A stretch of 64,000 nt of DNA from Eledone cirrhosa (taxonomy: Eukaryota), in contig OZ024740.1 of the NCBI GenBank assembly GCA_964016885.1, positions 45,260,001-45,324,000 of the forward strand, read 5' to 3'. Position 1 is the first letter of the stretch, and each line of letters begins with the position of its first letter. Below are positions 12,785 through 26,452 of this stretch, piece after piece. The notes beneath the pieces were generated by a model that was not told the origin of the DNA, made no database searches, and saw only the letters and a program-made list of their open reading frames with translations. Made by a program: the position numbers and the translations under genes.

Positions 12785-14853
12785 TGTGGCGGTTGTCTCC
12801 CTTGTTTTGATTAGGATCTAGACGGGAAGTAGAACCCTTTCTGCAACTTCCGGTCAGAACCCTATAAAACTAACAACTTTGAGTTCTCACTCTCTCATTG
12901 CCTTTTCGGCACCAGGCCAAGAGCCTCTCATTTGGCTCTGCCATTCATTTGGCCAACAGGCGCCTGGCCTTAGCCAGGCGTCCTCTGCCAGCCGCGTTTG
13001 CCTGGCAATCAAAACGGTAACTACTAACTTTGCTTCATTCTACCATCCTCATCTTTGACATGTCAACTATACTATCTACCATTGTTAATTAAATATTAAA
13101 CACACAAACCATGTCTCGTTTTGTTACATTCATACAACCCAGTATTCTCGCTAAATTGGTAACCCTAACGTGATACGAACACGCAGCCGTTCATCGCTAT
13201 AAGTGGTCACCCAAAAAAAAGAAAAAAATAGCACATCGGGTTTCGTGTGAGTAACATTACGAATACACAGTAAATTTATCGACAAACTATGAAAATACTC
13301 AGTAAAAGAAACAAACGCACACACGCACATGTGGAATTCGCGTTCAGACAGACTTTTTCTCTCACGCATCAACTAACTGTCGCATTTCACGATATATATA
13401 CATGTTTCTCGTTTCTTACAACGAACTCTTTCAAAACACACAAAAAAAAAAAAGAAATTTGATATTCTTTAAAAAACATTTCAACAGGAACATTTATTTT
13501 CGATGAACCATTGCCTTTTTGTTCATCGTTTTCTTCATCGTTCAAGTTTTTTTTTTTTTTTCCAAAAGTTCACACCAATAATTATGCTGAGTGAAGCCTT
13601 TCTTTTTCATCATTGTCACTTTCAAAATTGCACTATCATTTTCTCGCGCGTTAGAAATATTATTTTTTTCAACCTTGTATTGGCACGTGTAGGCAGCACA
13701 AATTCTCGATTCACAGAGATGTCTCTACTCACAGACATAGCCGCACGCCAGAGATAACATTTCTCGCCAAGGATTCTTCAGCCTTAAGCTATATTCTTCT
13801 ATTTGCCGGTTTATAAATTTACGATGTAAATTTACCGTTGATAACCGCGCATTTATTAAGAATGCTTATTTCTCTGGTCGCTGGCCTCTTGACCCTTCCA
13901 GGTCAACGCATTCTCAACATCGACCATCAACTTCGGCTGTTATTTCTAGCACTTTGCGCAACTCATTTTTTCTAAAAAAAAAAAATTTTTTTTTAACTGT
14001 GAATTTAAACACCGAATACGCTCACTCAGCGAGACAACAGCAGCAGCAATACATCAACACAGCTTCACCAACAACCAGCAGAACGCCAGAGAATTTATTT
14101 TTACAGCACTCTCCCTGTGAGAAAATCCATTCGGAGGTTGGAAATTTCACGATATACCACAGAACAGAAACCACCTGCATTCATTCTCTGGAACACACTT
14201 TCTTTCCTGCTGTCATGTGATTGCACACCTGTGAACTATATTTTGTACATTTGAACTTTGAGCTCTTCTATTACTTTTAATTTATTACATTGTATCTTTG
14301 GGTGATGGATAGATGGATGTCCAGTCGTTCTCTGGCCAAGAGCGGTTGGCTACCTTGATATCTATCATTGATTTTTCCAGACATTCTTTTGTCGTAATTT
14401 TCATGCCTGTTATAACATTCTCGCCAACTTGCTACATATTTTCATTTCGATTTTTATACACTAAAATTCTGGCGGGAGGTTATGTGGCGGTTGTCTCCCT
14501 TGTTTTGATTAGGATCTAGACGGGAAGTAGAACCCTTTCTGCAACTTCCGGTCAGAACCCTATAAAACTAACAACTTTGAGTTCTCACTCTCTCATTGCC
14601 TTTTCGGCACCAGGCCAAGAGCCTCTCATTTGGCTCTGCCATTCATTTGGCCAACAGGTGCCTGGCCTTAGCCAGGCGTCCTCTGCCAGCCGCGTTTGCC
14701 TGGCAATCAAAACGGTAACTACTAACTTTGCTTCATTCTACCATCCTCATCTTTGACATGTCAACTATACTATCTACCATTGTTAATTAAATATTATACA
14801 CACAAACCATGTCTCGTTTTGTTACATTCATACAACCCAGTATTCTCGCTAAA
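12785..14853 (+). mobile_element. Non-autonomous LTR retrotransposon, copy 1
   Basis: 371-bp LTRs at 12785-13155 and 14483-14853 (2 differences seen), 4-bp TSD GACT, tRNA-Trp-type PBS at 13157, PPT ggcgggagg at 14471, no coding ORF. Confidence 0.93.
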
Positions 14854-14979
14854 GACTTGAACATCTGAAACTACTTCGCTTTTCCTTATTCTATATATAT
14901 ATATATATATCAAAGGTATATATTGAGTTAGAAAGTCTCTTACAATAAATTAGCTCTAGGAAAGAGATTTTTCCGAACC

Positions 14980-15012
<33 letters not shown>

Positions 15013-15385
15013 GAGAGAGAGAGAGAATAGGGATGGCTGTTGAAAGTTTTTGATTTTAGCCTAAAGAAAACTATCAAGATTTATCGTCTTTATATACTAC
15101 AAACATCTTTAGAAATTCTGTTGTAATGGAGCTATTGCAAAGGGAGAGATAAACTTTGAAGATGCAGTGTAAGATAATCTGGTAGTGAAAAGCATGTTAG
15201 CAGAGGTAAAAATATCTAAAACAGAGGGAATAAGGTAAACTGATACTCTACGTAATCTCTTTCTCTCTCGTTGGCTGGCATAGCATAGATAGCAAACACT
15301 AGCAACAGGTTTATTTACATTTTAGCGTAGTTTCTATTAATATTACTACTACTCAAGTAAACCTCATTTCACACACACACGCACG

Positions 15386-15466
<81 letters not shown>

Positions 15467-15586
15467 TATCCAGCTGTTGGGGTATTTTCACTCTATAACT
15501 TCGGTGTTGTTATTAAGACAATGTATTTATATATACACACACACACATATATGTATATATATATACATATACATATTATATATATA

Positions 15587-16207
15587 TAAATCAGGAAAGA
15601 AGATTGACATGGTTTGCAATACAAAAAAGGTTTTTAATCTCATTGCTGACAATTGTTTCTCTGAACTGGTAGGTCTAGAGATCGCTATTCGCTTGTTTTC
15701 ACGTTACTCGATCGCCAATACAAAATTATAACCAGTCAGTTCTTCAGAGCATGCGAGAATGAAGAGAATATACAGGCATGAAAGGAATATACAGGCTACT
15801 ATATGAAGTAGTAATGGCATTCAGTTAGAACAATAACAACAATTACAACAATGCTAGTAATAAATTATTTGAGGAGACCCTGACATTACATTAGGTGGGG
15901 GGTATAGTGTATCTAAGATTTCGGCGTGTAAAACTAGCTGACATGAAGCAGAAGTATAAGTTTGGCATGTCGTAGGGTGTATCGTATCAATTTTAAAGAT
16001 AAGCCGGTGTTTATCACCAATATAGGTCAGGTGGCCGTAATGTTCAGTATTTATCTGACCGACGAAGTATTTATCATTGAGTAGAATTTGTGTGGTCTAC
16101 ATTAGATGAGAATACAGTCTTTCTTTTCATCTTCAATAACATACATGAATGGGACAACACTATCAAAGCTAAATAGTGGGCGAGTTAATACAGAGGTTAA
16201 GGAGGTA

Positions 16208-16292
<85 letters not shown>

Positions 16293-17062
16293 TACACACA
16301 CACACATATATACACACGCATGTGTACATAGACACATACATACACATCAATATACACTCGTACAAAAATATACATACATGCAAAGAGATAAGCGTGCTGA
16401 TTGTGATTATGGCAAAAGGAAGGTAAAGTTACATTGTAGTAGTGATTTGAGAAATTCTTGGATTTAGGATCAAGTGATGGCAGCAGCTGAGAAGGAATAA
16501 GTTTATGGATTGATGAGGTACTTACAGACATTTGTGTGGTAAAGACCTGTGAAGGCTAGAGTGTACTTAATGAGTATATTTCTGTGGTGATTTATGCAGG
16601 GTAGTGGGTATCCTAGTTTATTACTAGCATTGTTGTAATTGTTGTTATTGTTCTAACTGAATGCCATTACTACTTCATATAGTAGCCTGTATATTCCTTT
16701 CATGCCTGTATATTCTCTTCATTCTCGCATGCTCCGAAGAACTGACTGGTTATAATTTTGTATTGGCGATCGAGTAACGTGAAAACAAGCGAATAGCGAT
16801 CTCTAGACCTACCAGTTCAGAGAAACAATTATCAGCAATGAGATTAAAAACCTTTTTTGTATTGCAAACCATGTCAATCTTCTTTCCTGATTTATTATTA
16901 CTCCAAGTGTTTACAACATAGGAATTACAGCGTACTCGCAGCATCACTATGAATACGCCTTGTTGAGTCAAACCAAGCCTAGCGTTGATATCATCCACTA
17001 CCCGGAATACCATAACTGGACTACACCTAAGGGGACTGGATATAACTATTATTTGTTACCCC

Positions 17063-17063
<1 letters not shown>
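15587..17063. mobile_element. Family C fold-back: inverted 3' UTR copies related to the PLE at 30556-33404
   Basis: 15587-15863 is the reverse complement of 16618-16894. The left arm is colinear with ~30726-31630. Confidence 0.9.
15638..15758 (-). ncRNA. Type I hammerhead with long stem II (mirror copy ~16723-16843 has a CCGAAGA core)
   Basis: tgct CTGAAGA actgactggt..accagttcaga GAAA caattg TC agca. Confidence 0.8.
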
Positions 17064-17106
<43 letters not shown>

Positions 17107-17121
17107 TATATATATTATACT

Positions 17122-17381
17122 ACTGGCGGCATTCCGTCGTTTGCGACGACGAGTGTTTCAATTGATCCGATCAACAGAACAGCCTGCCCGTGAAATGAAC
17201 GAGCAAGTGGGTGAGCATTCTACAGACACACGTACCCTTAATATGACAAGGCTGGCCCTTCGAATTACAGGCGAGTGGGCTGCAACATGAAATAAAGTGT
17301 CTTGCTCAAGGACACAACGCACCACCGAGAATCGAACTCACGACCTTACGATTGTGAGTCGAATACGCTAACCACAAAGCC

Positions 17382-17382
<1 letters not shown>
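17122..17382 (-). mobile_element. tRNA-derived SINE, second family
   Basis: Minus strand gtggttagcgtattcgactcacaatcgtaaggtcgtgagttcgattc followed by gtgtccttgagcaagacactt. Confidence 0.75.
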
Positions 17383-17438
<56 letters not shown>

Positions 17439-17789
17439 AAATATGGAGAAAAATACTGCAGGTAGCGCATGGATAACATGTAATAAAATGAGTCCCTCAT
17501 CAGTGATTTGCCGACGATCATAGATATTTCATTGCATTAAAAATCATATACCTCACGTCGGTGCAATAATAACTAAAATAAGTTATTAGGACAATTAAAA
17601 CGCGTAAAGCGAGTGAGACAGGAGAACAACAAAGAGTATAGCTAACCGTAGGGGAATGAAACAAGCTTCATAATTATTCTGTTTAGCGTAAGCTAGGTGA
17701 ATATATGAGCGCTTTAGAAAAAAGACCTTACACGAACGAGGGCCATGTGAGAAGAGAGAAAAATATAGCTTTCGTCGTGTACAGGATGA

Positions 17790-18041
<252 letters not shown>

Positions 18042-18061
18042 TATATAGATATAGATATATA

Positions 18062-18275
18062 TGTAGGAGGTGAGTTTTATTGTAGTACAATAAAGCAATG
18101 CAGATATCGGATAAGTAGCACTCTACAGTTTGTAGGACTTGAGTATAAATAATATATAAGATTAAAAGATGTTAAAAGAGTTCCGTGTATTTTATTATGC
18201 AATGTAATTTATGCAATGTATTTTATTATTGCATAATAAAATACGCGGTACTCTTTTAACCATCTTTTGATCTTA
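18062..18275. mobile_element. Family D short fold-back
   Basis: Same terminus (tgtaggaggtgag...) as 26666 and 46259; inverted arms ~18155-18202 and 18228-18275. Confidence 0.8.
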
Positions 18276-18291
18276 TATATATATATATATA

Positions 18292-18541
18292 TGTAAAGTT
18301 CTATTTAAATTGTTGGGATACAACAAGCAAATATTTTTATAACTATCCGGGAGCTTCCAACACTAATGGTTGCATTCTTTAAGGGTATGTCAATATTTAT
18401 TTATAAAACTGTTTTATAAAACTGTTCTATATTATATTTTATCTGATGAAAGCACACCATAATTTAACTTGGTGTCCTTGAAATATGTATAATGAAATAA
18501 ATATGGTTTTATAAATATAGTTTCCATTTATTAATATCGTA
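18292..18541 (+). mobile_element. Family B copy with hammerhead (18435-18499)
   Basis: tattttat CTGATGA aagcacacca..tggtgtcctt GAAA tatgta TA atgaaata. Stem II covaries with the 3429 copy (acacca/tggtgt vs atacca/tggtat). Confidence 0.8.
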
Positions 18542-18554
18542 TATATATATATAT

Positions 18555-18748
18555 AACAAAGAGGGTGTGGTAAGATACCAGGTGGACCATAACGCATCAG
18601 GGTACTCGATACATGGGGTAGTAGAGTGGGTAATATGAAAATATTCAGGACCCCGGCGGCTCAGCTCCGGCCGTTTCGACAGCTAGTTCGGATCTAGCTG
18701 TCGAAACGACCGGAACTGAGCCGCCGGAGTCCTGAATCTTTTCATATA
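18555..18748. mobile_element. Family A subfamily fold-back
   Basis: Diverged family A terminus; inverted arms ~18633-18686 and 18694-18747. Confidence 0.75.
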
Positions 18749-18864
18749 TATACAACAGTTTTGCAGGAGATGTCAACATGAATGGACCTGTTATTTTTAT
18801 CTAAAGACATTTTTTTCCAATTCCATCCCGCCCGTCCCCTCAATCTATTTTATTTCTGATTCTT

Positions 18865-18900
18865 TCTTCTGATGAAGGATTAGCATCCGAAACGTTAAGA
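18865..18900 (+). ncRNA. Minimal type I hammerhead (family E, element ~18752-18990)
   Basis: tctt CTGATGA a ggat tagc atcc GAAA cg TT aaga. The second copy at 36321-36356(-) has ggac/gtcc (covariation). Confidence 0.85.
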
Positions 18901-18997
18901 CCTTCTTCCTGCTATATCAAGCGTTAACCTAATATATACCTTCCATATACTGTACCGATGGTGTTGTTATTTATGTTTACCTTTTACATATATGTGT

Positions 18998-19093
<96 letters not shown>

Positions 19094-19702
19094 TTGTGTG
19101 TGTCCGAGTGTCTGTATGTATACATACATAGGTATATATATGTGTGTGTGTGTGTGTATGTGTATTTATAAACATATGTATGTATAAATGCATGTGTATA
19201 TATAGTATATCCTGAACTAAATACTTTATCCAATTATTGCTTCCGATAATCTCAACTTTATGGAATACCATTCCCACCCACGTTGAGGGAGGGTGGGGGC
19301 GATATGACCTGCCAAGGTCATGAGCGTTGCTCCTCTTCCTTTCACTAACTAAAACAATATTTAAGTGTGTGCATGTCTATTTACGTGTGTGTCTATTTCT
19401 GTATGTGCCTATCTGTGTGTGCGTTTATGTGTGGGTATGTGTATGTTGTGCATGCGTTTGTGTGTATGTGCCTGCGTATGCATTTGTATACATAAGATTG
19501 TATATAAAAAAGAATTACGTTTTTAGAATGTTCGGTTAAATAGTCGACAACACGTTCTAATATACACCTACATAGCTCCACACATGCACACACACACACA
19601 CCGAGAGACAGATATACACACACACACATACGTTATACGTGCTTTGACATAGAGAGAAACAGATGCGTTCGTTGACTTGTCTTCTCTTTGTTAATTTTCT
19701 TG

Positions 19703-19849
<147 letters not shown>

Positions 19850-19984
19850 GAAAAGTGTAATTTACTACACAAAACGAAGGTTATAGAGAAAATTGAGGTT
19901 GGTAATGGCACATGGAATATATAAGAGACAGGATACTTTTTTGTGAAAAAACATAATTTTATAAGGTAAGGAAATAATAAAGGG

Positions 19985-20115
19985 TATATGTATGTATATA
20001 TATACATGTATATATGTATGTATATATATATATACATATATATATATATGTATATATGTATGTATATATATATACATATATATATATATGTATATATGTA
20101 TGTATATATATATAC

Positions 20116-20146
<31 letters not shown>

Positions 20147-20317
20147 CATATATATATGTATATATGTATGTATATATATATATACATATATATATATGTA
20201 TATATGTATGTATATATATATATACATATATATATATATGTATATATATATGTATATGTATATATATATACATATATATATATATGTATATATATATGTA
20301 TATGTATATATACATAC

Positions 20318-20400
<83 letters not shown>

Positions 20401-20435
20401 CATACATATATATATATATACATACATATATATAT

Positions 20436-20506
<71 letters not shown>

Positions 20507-20558
20507 CATACATATATATATATACATACACATATATATATACATACATATATATATA
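19985..20558. repeat. Compound (TA)n/(TATG/TACA)n microsatellite
   Basis: Directly visible; one of many similar tracts (e.g. 17790-18060, 19707-19848, 26457-26666, 42170-42810). Confidence 0.95.
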
Positions 20559-21597
20559 TGAATATAGACATAGAATATTCGAAAATATTCTGTATGTTTA
20601 TAATAAACATTTTGAAGACCTAATCGCTATAGAATAGAATACGTCACGTATTACAATTAGATTCTCGATAAAAGCAAGGGAAGTAATCTACGCGTTTCAT
20701 TCTTGTTAGAAATCATCAGGACTACATATCCAGTGCTTTTATCGAGAATGACACAGCTAGAGACTTATAGAATACTTAGCTGTGTACAGGAACTGGTTTG
20801 AAAGAGCGGTTGCCGGTCCGGCAGAAATTAGAAATTGGAATAAATGCTCTGAAATAGCGATATATATGTGAATATAGACATAGAATATTCGAAAATATTC
20901 TGTATGTTTATAATAAACATTTTGAAGACCTAATCGCTATAGAATAGAATACGTCACGTATTACAATTAGATTCTCGATAAAAGCAAGGGAAGTAATCTA
21001 CGCGTTTCATTCTTGTTAGAAATCATCAGGACTACATATCCAGTGCTTTTATCGAGAATGACACAGCTAGAGACTTATAGAATACTTAGCTGTGTACAGG
21101 AACTGGTTTGAAAGAGCGGTTGCCGGTCCGGCAGAAATTAGAAATTGGAATAAATGCTCTGAAATAGCGATATATATGTGAATATAGACATAGAATATTC
21201 GAAAATATTCTGTATGTTTATAATAAACATTTTGAAGACCTAATCGCTATAGAATAGAATACGTCACGTATTACAATTAGATTCTCGATAAAAGCAAGGG
21301 AAGTAATCTACGCGTTTCATTCTTGTTAGAAATCATCAGGACTACATATCCAGTGCTTTTATCGAGAATGACACAGCTAGAGACTTATAGAATACTTAGC
21401 TGTGTACAGGAACTGGTTTGAAAGAGCGGTTGCCGGTCCGGCAGAAATTAGAAATTGGAATAAATGCTCTGAAATAGCGATATATATGTGAATATAGACA
21501 TAGAATATTCGAAAATATTCTGTATGTTTATAATAAACATTTTGAAGACCTAATCGCTATAGAATAGAATACGTCACGTATTACAATTAGATTCTCG
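20559..21597 (-). repeat. Inverted arm of the 310-bp HHR array (~3.3 units, 3 hammerheads)
   Basis: aatatagaca at 20561, 20871, 21181, 21491; tcatcag at 20713, 21023, 21333. Confidence 0.95.
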
Positions 21598-21869
21598 CCA
21601 CCTTCCATCCCTCCCCTTGCTCAACCCTTACTTCCTCCTCGCGCACAGCCCACCTAGGTATTCGTTGAACCCGCCGGTGGCCCGATGTTTCGACCGAACT
21701 ATTACCGGCGATTGCCGATTGCTAAAGTTGCCACCACTTTAACCTAGTCCACTCTAGGTGGGGGTGGCATGCGTTGAACGACCAAGAGACCTGCTTGGTG
21801 GAACGACTATGTGACCACCGGTCAGTCTTCGACCTCTCATTCTCCACCAACTACAGCACGCATGAGAGG

Positions 21870-24800
21870 ATAAGTCTCTAGCTGTGTCATTCTCGATAAA
21901 AGCACTGGATATGTAGTCCTGATGATTTCTAACAAGAATGAAACGCGTAGATTACTTCCCTTGCTTTTATCGAGAATCTAATTGTAATACGTGACGTATT
22001 CTATTCTATAGTGATTAGGTCTTCAAAATGTTTATTATAAACATACAGAATATTTTCGAATATTCTATGTCTATATTCACATATATATCGCTATTTCAGA
22101 GCATTTATTCCAATTTCTAATTTCTGCCGGACCGGCAACCGCTCTTTCAAACCAGTTCCTGTACACAGCTAAGTATTCTATAAGTCTCTAGCTGTGTCAT
22201 TCTCGATAAAAGCACTGGATATGTAGTCCTGATGATTTCTAACAAGAATGAAACGCGTAGATTACTTCCCTTGCTTTTATCGAGAATCTAATTGTAATAC
22301 GTGACGTATTCTATTCTATAGCGATTAGGTCTTCAAAATGTTTATTATAAACATACAGAATATTTTCGAATATTCTATGTCTATATTCACATATATATCG
22401 CTATTTCAGAGCATTTATTCCAATTTCTAATTTCTGCCGGACCCCGGCAACCGCTCTTTCAAACCAGTTCCTGTACACAGCTAAGTATTCTATAAGTCTC
22501 TAGCTGTGTCATTCTCGATAAAAGCACTGGATATGTAGTCCTGATGATTTCTAACAAGAATGAAACGCGTAGATTACTTCCCTTGCTTTTATCGAGAATC
22601 TAATTGTAATACGTGACGTATTCTATTCTATAGCGATTAGGTCTTCAAAATGTTTATTATAAACATACAGAATATTTTCGAATATTCTATGTCTATATTC
22701 ACATATATATCGCTATTTCAGAGCATTTATTCCAATTTCTAATTTCTGCCAGACCGGCAACCGCTCTTTCAAACCAGTTCCTGTACACAGCTAAGTATTC
22801 TATAAGTCTCTAGCTGTGTCATTCTCGATAAAAGCACTGGATATGTAGTCCTGATGATTTCTAACAAGAATGAAACGCGTAGATTACTTCCCTTGCTTTT
22901 ATCGAGAATCTAATTGTAATACGTGACGTATTCTATTCTATAGCGATTAGGTCTTCAAAATGTTTATTATAAACATACAGAATATTTTCGAATATTCTAT
23001 GTCTATATTCACATATATATCGCTATTTCAGAGCATTTATTCCAATTTCTAATTTCTGCCGGACCGGCAACCGCGCTTTCAAACCAGTTCCTGTACACAG
23101 CTAAGTATTCTATAAGTCTCTAGCTGTGTCATTCTCGATAAAAGCACTGGATATGTAGTCCTGATGATTTCTAACAAGAATGAAACGCGTAGATTACTTC
23201 CCTTGCTTTTATCGAGAATCTAATTGTAATACGTGACGTATTCTATTCTATAGCGATTAGGTCTTCAAAATGTTTATTATAAACATACAGAATATTTTCG
23301 AATATTCTATGTCTATATTCACATATATATCGCTATTTCAGAGCATTTATTCCAATTTCTAATTTCTGCCGGACCGGCAACCGCTCTTTCAAACCAGTTC
23401 CTGTACACAGCTAAGTATTCTATAAGTCTCTAGCTGTGTCATTCTCGATAAAAGCACTGGATATGTAGTCCTGATGATTTCTAACAAGAATGAAACGCGT
23501 AGATTACTTCCCTTGCTTTATCGAGAATCTAATTGTAATACGTGACGTATTCTATTCTATAGCGATTAGGTCTTCAAAATGTTTATTATAAACATACAGA
23601 ATATTTTCGAATATTCTATGTCTATATTCACATATATATCGCTATTTCAGAGCATTTATTCCAATTTCTAATTTCTGCCGGACCGGCAACCGCTCTTTCA
23701 AACCAGTTCCTGTACACAGCTAAGTATTCTATAAGTCTCTAGCTGTGTCATTCTCGATAAAAGCACTGGATATGTAGTCCTGATGATTTCTAACAAGAAT
23801 GAAACGCGTAGATTACTTCCCTTGCTTTATCGAGAATCTAATTGTAATACGTGACGTATTCTATTCTATAGCGATTAGGTCTTCAAAATGTTTATTATAA
23901 ACATACAGAATATTTTCGAATATTCTATGTCTATATTCACATATATATCGCTATTTCAGAGCATTTATTCCAATTTCTAATTTCTGCCGGACCGGCAACC
24001 GCTCTTTCAAACCAGTTCCTGTACACAGCTAAGTATTCTATAAGTCTCTAGCTGTGTCATTCTCGATAAAAGCACTGGATATGTAGTCCTGATGATTTCT
24101 AACAAGAATGAAACGCGTAGATTACTTCCCTTGCTTTTATCGAGAATCTAATTGTAATACGTGACGTATTCTATTCTATAGCGATTAGGTCTTCAAAATG
24201 TTTATTATAAACATACAGAATATTTTCGAATATTCTATGTCTATATTCACATATATATCGCTATTTCAGAGCATTTATTCCAATTTCTAATTTCTGCCGG
24301 ACCGGCAACCGCTCTTTCAAACCAGTTCCTGTACACAGCTAAGTATTCTATAAGTCTCTAGCTGTGTCATTCTCGATAAAAGCACTGGATATGTAGTCCT
24401 GATGATTTCTAACAAGAATGAAACGCGTAGATTACTTCCCTTGCTTTTATCGAGAATCTAATTGTAATACGTGGCGTATTCTATTCTATAGCGATTAGGT
24501 CTTCAAAATGTTTATTATAAACATACAGAATATTTTCGAATATTCTATGTCTATATTCACATATATATCGCTATTTCAGAGCATTTATTCCAATTTCTAA
24601 TTTCTGCCGGACCGGCAACCGCTCTTTCAAACCAGTTCCTGTACACAGCTAAGTATTCTATAAGTCTCTAGCTGTGTCATTCTCGATAAAAGCACTGGAT
24701 ATGTAGTCCTGATGATTTCTAACAAGAATGAAACGCGTAGATTACTTCCCTTGCTTTTATCGAGAATCTAATTGTAATACGTGACGTATTCTATTCTATA

Positions 24801-26452
24801 GCGATTAGGTCTTCAAAATGTTTATTATAAACATACAGAATATTTTCGAATATTCTATGTCTATATTCACATATATATCGCTATTTCAGAGCATTTATTC
24901 CAATTTCTAATTTCTGCCGGACCGGCAACCGCTCTTTCAAACCAGTTCCTGTACACAGCTAAGTATTCTATAAGTCTCTAGCTGTGTCATTCTCGATAAA
25001 AGCACTGGATATGTAGTCCTGATGATTTCTAACAAGAATGAAACGCGTAGATTACTTCCCTTGCTTTTATCGAGAATCTAATTGTAATACGTGACGTATT
25101 CTATTCTATAGCGATTAGGTCTTCAAAATGTTTATTATAAACATACAGAATATTTTCGAATATTCTATGTCTATATTCACATATATATCGCTATTTCAGA
25201 GCATTTATTCCAATTTCTAATTTCTGCCGGACCGGCAACCGCTCTTTCAAACCAGTTCCTGTACACAGCTAAGTATTCTATAAGTCTCTAGCTGTGTCAT
25301 TCTCGATAAAAGCACTGGATATGTAGTCCTGATGATTTCTAACAAGAATGAAACGCGTAGATTACTTCCCTTGCTTTTATCGAGAATCTAATTGTAATAC
25401 GTGACGTATTCTATTCTATAGCGATTAGGTCTTCAAAATGTTTATTATAAACATACAGAATATTTTCGAATATTCTATGTCTATATTCACATATATATCG
25501 CTATTTCAGAGCATTTATTCCAATTTCTAATTTCTGCCGGACCGGCAACCGCTCTTTCAAACCAGTTCCTGTACACAGCTAAGTATTCTATAAGTCTCTA
25601 GCTGTGTCATTCTCGATAAAAGCACTGGATATGTAGTCCTGATGATTTCTAACAAGAATGAAACGCGTAGATTACTTCCCTTGCTTTTATCGAGAATCTA
25701 ATTGTAATACGTGGCGTATTCTATTCTATAGCGATTAGGTCTTCAAAATGTTTATTATAAACATACAGAATATTTTCGAATATTCTATGTCTATATTCAC
25801 ATATATATCGCTATTTCAGAGCATTTATTCCAATTTCTAATTTCTGCCGGACCGGCAACCGCTCTTTCAAACCAGTTCCTGTACACAGCTAAGTATTCTA
25901 TAAGTCTCTAGCTGTGTCATTCTCGATAAAAGCACTGGATATGTAGTCCTGATGATTTCTAACAAGAATGAAACGCGTAGATTACTTCCCTTGCTTTTAT
26001 CGAGAATCTAATTGTAATACGTGACGTATTCTATTCTATAGCGATTAGGTCTTCAAAATGTTTATTATAAACATACAGAATATTTTCGAATATTCTATGT
26101 CTATATTCACATATATATCGCTATTTCAGAGCATTTATTCCAATTTCTAATTTCTGCCGGACCGGCAACCGCTCTTTCAAACCAGTTCCTGTACACAGCT
26201 AAGTATTCTATAAGTCTCTAGCTGTGTCATTCTCGATAAAAGCACTGGATATGTAGTCCTGATGATTTCTAACAAGAATGAAACGCGTAGATTACTTCCC
26301 TTGCTTTTATCGAGAATCTAATTGTAATACGTGGCGTATTCTATTCTATAGCGATTAGGTCTTCAAAATGTTTATTATAAACATACAGAATATTTTCGAA
26401 TATTCTATGTCTATATTCACATATATATCGCTATTTCAGAGCATTTATTCCA

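Larger units (their letters stand above)
10707..14891. mobile_element. Fold-back HHR element with a SINE in the left arm and an LTR element in the right arm
   Basis: ~10781-11606 is the reverse complement of ~12243-12784 plus 14858-14891; bounded by (TA)n. Confidence 0.85.

Noticed and set aside
3577-17063. Paired identical small ORFs on opposite strands (3726/4407, 6165/6529, 11037/12504, 15477/16750) as duplicated genes
   Set aside because: They are by-products of repeated non-coding arms and show no protein motifs.
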